Assembly: GCA_964589635.1 (NCBI GenBank)
Contig: CAZPRI010000002.1
Coordinates: 1-49,195, forward strand
From: an uncultured Candidatus Saccharibacteria bacterium
Lineage (GTDB): Bacteria; Patescibacteriota; Minisyncoccia; Phycocordibacterales; JAACPR01
DNA: 49,195 nucleotides
Direction of reading: 5' to 3'
Positions 18,571-26,506 of this stretch are shown piece after piece. The position numbers and the translations under genes are program-made. Below the pieces are notes generated by a model. It searched no databases. It saw only the letters and a list, made by a program, of their open reading frames with translations, and had not been told where the DNA came from. Numbering within the stretch: position 1 is the stretch's first letter; each line of letters opens with the position of its first letter.

Positions 18571-19434
18571 TTAATTGCAAAATCCTGGCAAAGTTTCTTC
18601 ATAAGTGCCTTTTGAAGCCACACTTGCACCAACTTCAGCTTCTTCACTATAACCCCACGCCCAGATAGTTACATCGTCCCAATCAATCAGATAATCTCGT
18701 GCTAATAGGTAGAGAGTGTGGTCTACATCTCTCCGCTCTGCATTATCAGGTACAACAATTCGTACACCTATTCTTTTACAACCAGCATAAGAAATATCAT
18801 CTTCTTCAATTATTCTGTAATCGACTTCCACTGGCTCAGGTTCAGATATTTCAGGTAGTTCTAAAACCAAAGTTTCATTAGTATCAGCTTTTTCAATCTC
18901 AATAGCGTATGGAGTAAAGTTTTGGGGTACTTCATATACTAAATATCCTCTCTCTTCTATGTTATGACCCAAGTCTCTACCATCAATAGCTTCAGCTTCA
19001 ACGCCGATACTTCCTCCTCGAGTACTTTCATATACATCGTACGATACGCCCTCGGTATCTATTAAGTTCATACCACTAGAGTAAAGTGTGAGGGTCTTAC
19101 CTGACGTGTTTGTAAAAGTGGTGTCGATTAAAACAAATATGGTGTTGGCTTTTGCTTCGGTCTCACCGAATGAACCTGATAAAGTGTTGTGGTATTCAAA
19201 ATCATTTACTTTTACATCAAGTGTTGCTAGCTGACCAATTTGACCAAAAGGGACGATAACAAGGTCTCGACCATTTTGTTTAGTCAAATCTGCGTTTTCT
19301 TTAGTTGTAGCTTGAACTGGTTCGTTTGTGGTGTTGTTATTTTGAAAAAAGAATAGAAGTCCCATTACAGCAATTCCCACAGCAACTAAAATAATAACTA
19401 ACTTCCTCTTATTGTGTGTTGGTTCGGATTTCAT
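18571..19434 (-). CDS. Membrane-anchored DUF4352-like (Ig-fold) protein
   Basis: N-terminal TM helix; FVLIDTTFTN, LIDTEGVSY, GYLVYEVP pattern. Confidence 0.7.
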   Translation of the reverse strand: MKSEPTHNKRKLVIILVAVGIAVMGLLFFFQNNNTTNEPVQATTKENADLTKQNGRDLVIVPFGQIGQLATLDVKVNDFEYHNTLSGSFGETEAKANTIFVLIDTTFTNTSGKTLTLYSSGMNLIDTEGVSYDVYESTRGGSIGVEAEAIDGRDLGHNIEERGYLVYEVPQNFTPYAIEIEKADTNETLVLELPEISEPEPVEVDYRIIEEDDISYAGCKRIGVRIVVPDNAERRDVDHTLYLLARDYLIDWDDVTIWAWGYSEEAEVGASVASKGTYEETLPGFCN

Positions 19435-19477
19435 TTTTTAGCATTAAAACTTGTAATGCCTAGTGGCACACAAAAAG

Positions 19478-19556
19478 CCCACCACCAGGAGAGCACCTTA
19501 CGGTAACTCCGACCACCGTTTCCAGTGGACACCGAACCAACGACCCTGATGATGGG
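19478..19556 (-). ncRNA. C4/CI-like antisense RNA candidate
   Basis: 12-bp closing stem CCCAUCAUCAGG/CCUGGUGGUGGG, hairpins CCACUG-GAAA-CGGUGG and ACC-GUAA-GGU, unpaired GUUGGUUCGG complementary to two flanking sites. Confidence 0.65.
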
Positions 19557-19640
19557 TTCTTTATGTTGGTTCGGATTTTTGACCATATCCTTAGTAATCC
19601 AAGGGGTTAGGTCATTCAAACTTTATTCAGTTGTGTTTAT

Positions 19641-19664
19641 ATTATATCAAGAAACGGCTATAAT
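19641..19664. promoter_or_regulatory. Divergent -10 boxes
   Basis: TGaTATAAT on minus (19641-19649) and TATAAT on plus (19659-19664). Confidence 0.6.
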
Positions 19665-19671
19665 GCACTGT

Positions 19672-20253
19672 ATGTTAAGTATTAAACATAATCCAAAACT
19701 TTTTTACAGAATTGACCTAAAGTCTATATCCAACCTTGACCAAGAGACAAAAGAGGTTATCCAGCACATCAATTCATCGTGGTCAGATATTGAGTACTCA
19801 AACTATCTTTTTCATAAAAACTTCGGTCAGCTGTCAGACGCTAACGAGAAAGAGATTGGTATGTTTTTTACTTCCTTATTGATATTTAGCAACAGCTTCT
19901 ATACTCATCTCAGCACAGTGTACCTGTTGATGAAAAAACTCAATAGTAAATACCCAAAAAGTACAAAGAGATTACTCATAATGAACAAAAAGTTTTTTGA
20001 AAGAATACAGACAATCAGAAACTGCATTCTCATACACAAAGAAAAGGATAGCTTTTACAAAAATCCTAAAAACTCTATGAGTAGTACTGACCCCAAACAC
20101 TTGATTGAGCAGAAAATGTACGTAATTGAGAATGGGTCGAAAAAAATCTACACACTAAAGCCATTAAAAGACGTGGATATGATGTTCAGACTCGTTCAAA
20201 ACTTTGAACATCTGTTACAGTCTGAAAACTCAAAACTCGAAAAGTCTGCGTAA
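19672..20253 (+). CDS. Putative HEPN-domain protein
   Basis: Helical protein with R-N-x4-H motif (RNCILIH); start set at MLSIKH, 7 nt after TATAAT. Confidence 0.55.
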   Translation: MLSIKHNPKLFYRIDLKSISNLDQETKEVIQHINSSWSDIEYSNYLFHKNFGQLSDANEKEIGMFFTSLLIFSNSFYTHLSTVYLLMKKLNSKYPKSTKRLLIMNKKFFERIQTIRNCILIHKEKDSFYKNPKNSMSSTDPKHLIEQKMYVIENGSKKIYTLKPLKDVDMMFRLVQNFEHLLQSENSKLEKSA

Positions 20254-20697
20254 CTACTTAAATCCTTTTTTACTAAGTAAGAGTCCAATCTCTTCTTTAA
20301 GTTGTTTATTTTCTTCTTCTAGGCGGTCAATCATATCTCTCAGCACCCAGTTAGTAGAAAACTCATTAGGGCGTTTTCTTTCCATAAACCACATAGCCAA
20401 CTTATAGTTTCCTCTAGCTAGTTCGTTTGCTATTGCTTTTCGGGCATTAAAAATTGTAACTGTCTTAAAAAGCTCAAATCGCTCTCGAAATACAGGGTGT
20501 GAGTCTAAAAAACGGTAATACGCCGCCGTCGAAATAAGGGCTAAACTACAAGCTTCTTTTACTGTACAACCTATGGCAAATGCATACTCCAATTTCGAGA
20601 GTACGGCATCTGGATTTTTACCATTAAAAAGTGGTCGACCAACTGTTTGATTGACCTTGAAGTTCTGTATTACTGGTTTATGTAAAAGTGTTTCCAT
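20254..20697 (-). CDS. Phage small terminase-like / HTH DNA-binding protein
   Basis: GRP motif, HTH (GCTVKEACSLALISTAAYYRF), AMWFMERK. Confidence 0.55.
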   Translation of the reverse strand: METLLHKPVIQNFKVNQTVGRPLFNGKNPDAVLSKLEYAFAIGCTVKEACSLALISTAAYYRFLDSHPVFRERFELFKTVTIFNARKAIANELARGNYKLAMWFMERKRPNEFSTNWVLRDMIDRLEEENKQLKEEIGLLLSKKGFK

Positions 20698-20870
20698 ATT
20701 GAAAAACTACGCCTCTACTAAGCTGAGTAGTTGTTTAATGTCCTGCATCGTACCTTCAGGGTCAGGAATGGCTTTTCTCCAGTCATAAGTTCTAAATGCG
20801 TCCCTCCACTGGAGCCACTGTAAAGCAAAGTAAAGTGTTATTTTATATTTATTAATGATAAAATGTTTAT

Positions 20871-20990
20871 ATGTCACAAGTATTCAAAAATATTTTAGTT
20901 ACAATTTCATTTCTATTGCTACTATTAGCATCTTGGAGGTATTGTTCGTTCAAAAAATCTAAAATTTCTCAACTTCTCTTTTTATTTTAA
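20871..20990 (+). CDS. Possible 39-aa hydrophobic peptide, not in the ORF track
   Basis: MSQVFKNILVTISFLLLLASWRYCSFKKSKISQLLFLF; TGaTAAAAT 6 nt before ATG. Confidence 0.4.
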   Translation: MSQVFKNILVTISFLLLLLASWRYCSFKKSKISQLLFLF

Positions 20991-21006
20991 TCCAATTAAG
21001 AGTTCT

Positions 21007-21037
21007 CCTCCTTCGTACAAGACTACGGAAGGACAGG
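21007..21037. repeat. Short palindromic repeat related to the 1081-1100 unit
   Basis: CCTTCG...CTACGG arms match the reverse complement of GCCGTAGCTTTAGCGAAGGC. Confidence 0.5.
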
Positions 21038-21246
21038 TGCACTTGTCCAGTAGGGGGAGTAAGAATGAACATGTGGACATTGTGAACTTTATAAAACACC
21101 TACTCCCCTCTCAATATAAGTTCGAACCCGTTGCAGTTGGCGGAGCCATTGTAAAGCAAAGTGTTACTTAATTCAATAAAAACTAGAGTATAGCACCAAG
21201 CCTAGATATCAAGTTTATTTTCTGAGACATTTGATATAGTTAACCT

Positions 21247-21780
21247 ATGAATAAATTAATTTTGATTGTGGGAATGACTATTATTTTCTTAGCTGTTGTA
21301 CTTACTAGACAGGATACAAAGGTTCCTATACCAGAAGAACTAACAGTAAACACAGAGGAAAATACTGATCATAATGCGACCAGTACACCTAACATATCTA
21401 ATAACAGAACTGTTGATTTAAGTAACCAGGGTCTAGAAAGTATTCCATCATATGTCTTCAATGAAACAGGTACAGAAAAGCTTGATGTCTCAAATAATAA
21501 TTTGACAGGAGCTATCCAGTCACAAATTGGCCAATTGAAAAATTTGAAGATTTTAGACGCTAGCAATAACTCGATGACTGGTGTACCCGCTGAAGTTGGT
21601 CAATTAGAGAAATTAGAGATACTTAATCTATCAAATAATACATTAACTGGGTTACCTAATGAATTAGGAAATCTTAAAAACCTAAAAGTATTGGACTTGT
21701 CTGGAAATGATTATTCGGAACAAGACCTATCCGGAATTAGAAATAACCTCCCTTCAACAGTTGATATTATCTTGAACTAA
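21247..21780 (+). CDS. Secreted or anchored leucine-rich repeat protein
   Basis: N-terminal hydrophobic helix; about five LxxLxLSxNxLxxLP repeats. Confidence 0.9.
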   Translation: MNKLILIVGMTIIFLAVVLTRQDTKVPIPEELTVNTEENTDHNATSTPNISNNRTVDLSNQGLESIPSYVFNETGTEKLDVSNNNLTGAIQSQIGQLKNLKILDASNNSMTGVPAEVGQLEKLEILNLSNNTLTGLPNELGNLKNLKVLDLSGNDYSEQDLSGIRNNLPSTVDIILN

Positions 21781-21820
21781 ACTGGTTCGAACAGGTTCCA
21801 ATATTTAGGGTGAATGGTAA

Positions 21821-22987
21821 TTACTTATTTCCAGCTATTTCAATTCTTGTACTAAAAATATTCATAAGAATAGGACTGATGAGTACAGTAGAAATGCTCA
21901 ACATAACCAATGCTGTAAGCAAAACTTGATCAATAAGCCCTAATGCGAATGCTGCGGAGGCTGTGGCCAAAGTTGTTGAAAGTTGAGGAATTGAAGTAAT
22001 AGCAAATAGTAATGACTCGTTATTATTGAAACCTACAATTTTCGCACCAATCCATCCACTAATAAATTTAGAAACTACTGAACCAAAAATAATTAAACCA
22101 ACAACAAAAGATACGTTTTCTATTTCTGAAAAAACTTTAATATCAGTTTGTAGACCAATCACAATAAAAAAGGTTGGTATAAAAACACCGTAACTAATCG
22201 TTCTTATCTTATCTTTTAATGCTTTTGTTTGTATTGAGCCGGACAAAACTAAACCAGAAAAGAATCCTGCTACAATTGGATGTAATCCTAAGAATTCAAA
22301 AACAAGAACTGTTCCCATCATAATTAAAAAGGTTGATCGAAATTCAAACTGAAACATGTCAGGCTTTTCGCTTGCAACTAATTTAAAATAGCCTCGAATC
22401 ATTTTTATAATAAACCTTAATACAATAAGTGAAACAAGAAGAAGTGGGTAGAAAAGATATAACGGCAAAAATGTTATAGTATTTACATTCTGAAGGACTA
22501 AAGAAAGAGCAATAAGACTTGCTACATCCTGAATGACAGTAGTCATAACAACTGATTGCCCTAATCGAGTATTCAATATTGAATGAGATTCTAAAGATGG
22601 AACAACAACTGCAATTGATGAAGATATAAAAACAACACCCAGGATAAGTGCTGGTAACAAAGGGTACCCAAGAAACAGTGCTACCCAAACCCCGACACCA
22701 AAAGGTATAACACCATTTATAAAAGCCAGTAATGAAAGTTTTCCTTTAAAACCTTCAAGGTCTTGAAACTTTGTTTCAAGACCGGCCATAAACATCAAAA
22801 ATATAAGACCAATCTGTCCTATGAACATTATTGTTGGATTTAATTCCAAAATATTTAGAAAGTTTGGACCCAGTAAAACTCCTCCCCCAATAAGCGCAAC
22901 TACCCAAGGAATATGTGCCTTTCTTGAAAACATAGAGAAAAAAACTCCAGCAAAGAGTGCAATAAAGAATGGGAAAAATTGTTCCAT
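21821..22987 (-). CDS. Cation:proton antiporter (CPA2 family)
   Basis: About 12 TM helices; GLIFLMFMAGLE, SSIAVV, IQD, FIPTFFIVIG. Confidence 0.88.
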   Translation of the reverse strand: MEQFFPFFIALFAGVFFSMFSRKAHIPWVVALIGGGVLLGPNFLNILELNPTIMFIGQIGLIFLMFMAGLETKFQDLEGFKGKLSLLAFINGVIPFGVGVWVALFLGYPLLPALILGVVFISSSIAVVVPSLESHSILNTRLGQSVVMTTVIQDVASLIALSLVLQNVNTITFLPLYLFYPLLLVSLIVLRFIIKMIRGYFKLVASEKPDMFQFEFRSTFLIMMGTVLVFEFLGLHPIVAGFFSGLVLSGSIQTKALKDKIRTISYGVFIPTFFIVIGLQTDIKVFSEIENVSFVVGLIIFGSVVSKFISGWIGAKIVGFNNNESLLFAITSIPQLSTTLATASAAFALGLIDQVLLTALVMLSISTVLISPILMNIFSTRIEIAGNK

Positions 22988-23124
22988 TAGAAAATTATAT
23001 CATTACTTCCAAAAGCATTCTTGCTGCTTCCCCAGAGGAAACATGACAGGTGAGAGGATTATTCGAAGCAAGACTTTGATACTATAAACTCTGATTTACA
23101 AGAAGATACTAATATTATATTGAA

Positions 23125-23856
23125 CTAAAACTCTAACTTCTTCACAGTAGCTCCGGTCTCACTCATATCACCATAGACAGTGACTGTTTTTTCTTCTTCA
23201 AATTTCTCTGGCTTACAAATTTCCTCTTCCTTATCTGAAAGAATACAAATGCTCTCACCATTAAAGAAAAGTGGCACCAAACTTACTTCATTATTTTCAA
23301 CAAATAATATATGCCAATACTCAGAATTAAATTCAAGAGTTGAATCTTTTATCAAAACCCCTTCTCTTTCAAAGGTAAATTCTCGTGGTGGTCCAAATTC
23401 TCCAGCAGAGCACTCAATATCATTAATATACCAACCACCATTAAGCTTATTTAGACTTACAATAGCCTGACCATCTAAACCTTCATCTCTTGCAAGTATT
23501 AGAATTTGAGCCTTTTCTTCTTGCTCGTAAACAGTTCTAGCTGATATTGATGAAGGTATAACACTTTGACATAAGACAGGATCTAGGTCTGTATCTGAAT
23601 TCCCTTTTGCTTTGAATATTTTATTACGAAGATCCTTACTTAAAATCATTGAATCGTTTAATCCTTCCTTATACGGATTTGTATCTACTGAATTTCTAGA
23701 AGCTAACCAAGGGTCATAAAAATCCAAGACTATATCAATGGGTGATTCCATAGAGACTTCTTGTTGTCCGACCTCTTTATCTTTTAGGAAGAACAATATC
23801 AAACTGAGTACAACTAGGACCATCAAAATTACCAAAATTATTTTTTTATTTTTCAT
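23125..23856 (-). CDS. Hypothetical exported protein
   Basis: N-terminal TM helix; DPVLCQ and WYINDIEC recall NTF2-like/DUF3828-type domains (weak). Confidence 0.65.
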   Translation of the reverse strand: MKNKKIILVILMVLVVLSLILFFLKDKEVGQQEVSMESPIDIVLDFYDPWLASRNSVDTNPYKEGLNDSMILSKDLRNKIFKAKGNSDTDLDPVLCQSVIPSSISARTVYEQEEKAQILILARDEGLDGQAIVSLNKLNGGWYINDIECSAGEFGPPREFTFEREGVLIKDSTLEFNSEYWHILFVENNEVSLVPLFFNGESICILSDKEEEICKPEKFEEEKTVTVYGDMSETGATVKKLEF

Positions 23857-23915
23857 ATATCATATTATTGTAGCAAGTATTTCCATTTAATAAACATCTA
23901 AAATTCTTATAGACA

Positions 23916-23958
23916 ACAGATAAAAAAACTGCGCAAACATGCGCAGTTTTTTATCTGT
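23916..23958 (-). terminator. Intrinsic terminator
   Basis: A-tract, CTGCGCA-AACA-TGCGCAG, T-tract, extended by ACAGAT/ATCTGT. Confidence 0.8.
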
Positions 23959-23966
23959 AGTGTGTA

Positions 23967-24404
23967 CTACATTCCTCTAACATCATCACCAACCATGTTT
24001 CGATCTGAATCACTGTTGATAATCATCACACCACTATGTGTTGAAATGTTAACAGAATCTTGGAATGCCCCACTTGATGTATTAGCATTCACAACTGTTA
24101 CCACACCAGACTCATTCACATACATATACTGAGTGTTGCCACTTGAATATACAGAAGTTACATTATTACTACTTCCATCAACTAAGATGACACCACTATG
24201 TAAAGCTAGATTAGGAGCAAGAGTAATTGCATTTGAACCATTATTTGCAGTAACGCTACTTATACCACCAGATGTATTTACATATTCATATGTGGCAGCA
24301 TTAGTAACATTAGAAAATCCTAATACGAAGGCAAAGACAGTCAGTACTCCAAACATTTTTAGCGTATTACCTACTGTGTTTGTGTATTTATTTTTATTAT
24401 TCAT
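23967..24404 (-). CDS. Secreted hypothetical protein with an internal duplication
   Basis: Signal peptide; two copies of YxYVNxSG...HSGVxxx. Confidence 0.75.
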   Translation of the reverse strand: MNNKNKYTNTVGNTLKMFGVLTVFAFVLGFSNVTNAATYEYVNTSGGISSVTANNGSNAITLAPNLALHSGVILVDGSSNNVTSVYSSGNTQYMYVNESGVVTVVNANTSSGAFQDSVNISTHSGVMIINSDSDRNMVGDDVRGM

Positions 24405-24808
24405 AGAATTTGTTATTAGCTAGTAAGCAGCAAGAACATTAGATGTATTTTGATTTACGTATAAATCAGTCAACTATTAAATAAAGATGCAAGACATACT
24501 TCAATTACTGAGGGGCAAGTTAGTAGTTTAGATTTCAGTAAAACATTCAGTGTCATTTCGTTTGTAATACTTCTATATTAGAGACGGAGCATCTTGATAG
24601 ACATTCCTACGACTCTTATACTATATAGTAAATATTAACAAAAAGCAATATAAATTGTACTTATGACACAGTATTAGTCTTTTACCTAATCAATATGACA
24701 ACTCTTGCTATTTCATATCCAAGCAAACTTTTTTCATAAAGTGTGAGGGCAATTGTGATTACAATATGAGTGATATAAGATTAAAAAATAATTCTAGAGA
24801 AATAAAGC

Positions 24809-24836
24809 TTGACTTTATTTCCATAAGTGATACTCT
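24809..24836 (+). promoter_or_regulatory. Sigma70-type promoter of the cold-shock gene
   Basis: TTGACT-16-TACTCT with TG extension; about 85-nt leader. Confidence 0.55.
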
Positions 24837-24927
24837 TTAGGGGTCAAATAACATACGTAAGAAGTGAAGCAGTTTAGTTTTTCGTTTTTGTATTTATTTG
24901 AAGTTACTAATTAACATTCTAAGTTAA

Positions 24928-25128
24928 ATGCAAAAAGGAAAAATTGCTCGTCTTATGGATGCTGGATACGGTTTCATCGCTGTTGAGGGACAAGAAAAAG
25001 ATCTTTTCTTTCACTCAAAAGAAGTTGAAAATACTGAATTCGATGCTCTAAAAGAAAACGATGAAGTAGAATTTGAAATAGCTGAAAGTCCAAAAGGACC
25101 AAACGCTGTTAAAGTTTCAAAGATCTAA
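24928..25128 (+). CDS. Cold-shock domain protein
   Basis: GYGFI (RNP1), LFFHSK (RNP2), KGPNA. Confidence 0.95.
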   Translation: MQKGKIARLMDAGYGFIAVEGQEKDLFFHSKEVENTEFDALKENDEVEFEIAESPKGPNAVKVSKI

Positions 25129-25134
25129 TAAATG

Positions 25135-25169
25135 AAAAAAGGCGGCACGCTTTGCGTTCCGCCTTTTTT
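25135..25169 (+). terminator. Intrinsic terminator
   Basis: AAAAAAGGCGG...CCGCCTTTTTT. Confidence 0.8.
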
Positions 25170-25215
25170 CTTTACTTTTAACTAAAAATGTGGTTTTATT
25201 GCAAGACTAAAATTT

Positions 25216-26475
25216 ATGCTAAAGAAACAACACAAAGAAAAATATGACCTAATCGTAATTGGTGCCGGACCGTCAGGGATGATGGCCGCTGGAGTTGCGG
25301 CTAAAAACGGAAACAAAGTACTCGTTATAGAAAAAAATAAAGAACTTGGTAAAAAGTTAAAAATTACCGGAGGTGGTAGATGCAATATTACAAATGCAAC
25401 ATTTGATATCCAGAAATTTCTAAACAAATTTGGTACAGCAAAACCTTTTCTATACTCCCCTTTTTCACAATTCGGAATACAGGATACTTTTGATTTTTTT
25501 GAATCAAAGAAACTACCACTTATAATTGAGGATGGTGGGAGAGCTTTCCCAAACACACACAAAGCCATTGATGTTTTTAATGTAATGCATAATTTCATAA
25601 ACAACAAAAATGTTGAGATTATAAAAGATAACCAAGTATTTAAAATCAGTGCCAACAAAGAAGATGGCAAAATTACCTCTGTAAAAACAAAAAAAGGGGT
25701 TTATATTGCAGAAAATTACCTAATCGCCACTGGAGGGAATTCTCACCCAGAGACAGGGTCTACTGGGGATGGATTTAAATGGTTAAAAGAGATTGGCCAC
25801 ACAGTCAATAGACCAAGCCCTGATATTGTTCCACTCAGAGTACCCGATAAATGGGTACAAGAACTAGCAGGAACATCTCTTTCCTTTATGAAGATTACTT
25901 TTTTTGTAAATGGTAAAAAAGCTTTTTCAGAAACAGGAAGAATACTATTTACTCATTTTGGAGTTTCAGGACCTCTTATTTTGAATTGTGCGAGAAAAGT
26001 TCAGGATCTTCTACATGAAGGAGAAGTAACATCAAAAATTGATTGCTATCCAGATACAGATATTGGATCATTAGAAAAAAATATTCTTAAAATATTTGAT
26101 AAAAACAAGAACAAATCATTTAAAAATATTGTTAAGGAGATTGTTCCGCAAGGACTATCAAATACATTAATTGGTTTTCACATTGTTCCAAATGTTTCAG
26201 ACAAGGTTAATATGATATCAAAAGAAAATAGAAAGGAAATAGTTGCCATATTGAAGGCTCTACCCCTTCGAATTAATGGTTTAATGGATATGGATAAAGC
26301 AGTTGTATCTGATGGTGGGGTTCCATTAAAGGAGATAGACACACGAACAATGAAATCAAAAATATATAGTAACCTTTATATGACTGGTGATATTCTCCAT
26401 ATTAATAGACCATCTGGTGGATACTCACTTCAGCTTTGTTGGACTACTGGTTACGTAGCAGGACTCCTGAAATAA
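25216..26475 (+). CDS. HI0933/BaiN-family flavoprotein
   Basis: GAGPSG, GKKLKITGGGRCN, ATGG.SHP..GSTGDG, THFGVSGP, GGYSLQ. Confidence 0.93.
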   Translation: MLKKQHKEKYDLIVIGAGPSGMMAAGVAAKNGNKVLVIEKNKELGKKLKITGGGRCNITNATFDIQKFLNKFGTAKPFLYSPFSQFGIQDTFDFFESKKLPLIIEDGGRAFPNTHKAIDVFNVMHNFINNKNVEIIKDNQVFKISANKEDGKITSVKTKKGVYIAENYLIATGGNSHPETGSTGDGFKWLKEIGHTVNRPSPDIVPLRVPDKWVQELAGTSLSFMKITFFVNGKKAFSETGRILFTHFGVSGPLILNCARKVQDLLHEGEVTSKIDCYPDTDIGSLEKNILKIFDKNKNKSFKNIVKEIVPQGLSNTLIGFHIVPNVSDKVNMISKENRKEIVAILKALPLRINGLMDMDKAVVSDGGVPLKEIDTRTMKSKIYSNLYMTGDILHINRPSGGYSLQLCWTTGYVAGLLK

Positions 26476-26506
26476 AAAAGCGGCGACCTTCGGTCGCCGC
26501 TTTTTT
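26474..26506. terminator. Bidirectional terminator
   Basis: AAAAAAGCGGCGACC-TTC-GGTCGCCGCTTTTTT between convergent genes. Confidence 0.88.

Larger units (their letters stand above)
6509..20815. mobile_element. Integrative element / genomic island at the tRNA-Asn 3' end
   Basis: Recombinase overlaps the tRNA; core GGAGC at 6509-6513 and 20811-20815; joining the flanks restores tRNA...GGAG-CCA and joining the ends keeps the recombinase in frame; mobile and defence cargo; looks less AT-rich than the flanks. Confidence 0.85.
20785..21166 (+). repeat. Two attR-like direct repeats 331 bp apart
   Basis: ATAAGTTC-N18-GGAGCCA(C/T)TGTAAAGCAAAG at 20785-20830 and 21116-21161. Confidence 0.8.

Noticed and set aside
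19431-19619. 62-aa ORF whose stop overlaps the DUF4352 ATG
   Set aside because: TTG start, no protein-like features, fully overlaps the structured RNA; a leader-peptide role is not excluded but is unsupported
19525-19671. N-terminal extension of the 242-aa ORF
   Set aside because: Runs antisense through the RNA structure and across both -10 boxes; ATG 19672 fits the local start pattern
6509-20815. Retron, DGR or complete prophage
   Set aside because: No reverse transcriptase, no TR/VR pair, no structural or lysis genes recognised
21116-21148. Second tRNA gene or standard tRNA 3' duplication (GTTCGAA...GGAGCCA)
   Set aside because: No cloverleaf, and spacing is 5 nt longer than in the tRNA; better explained as an att arm
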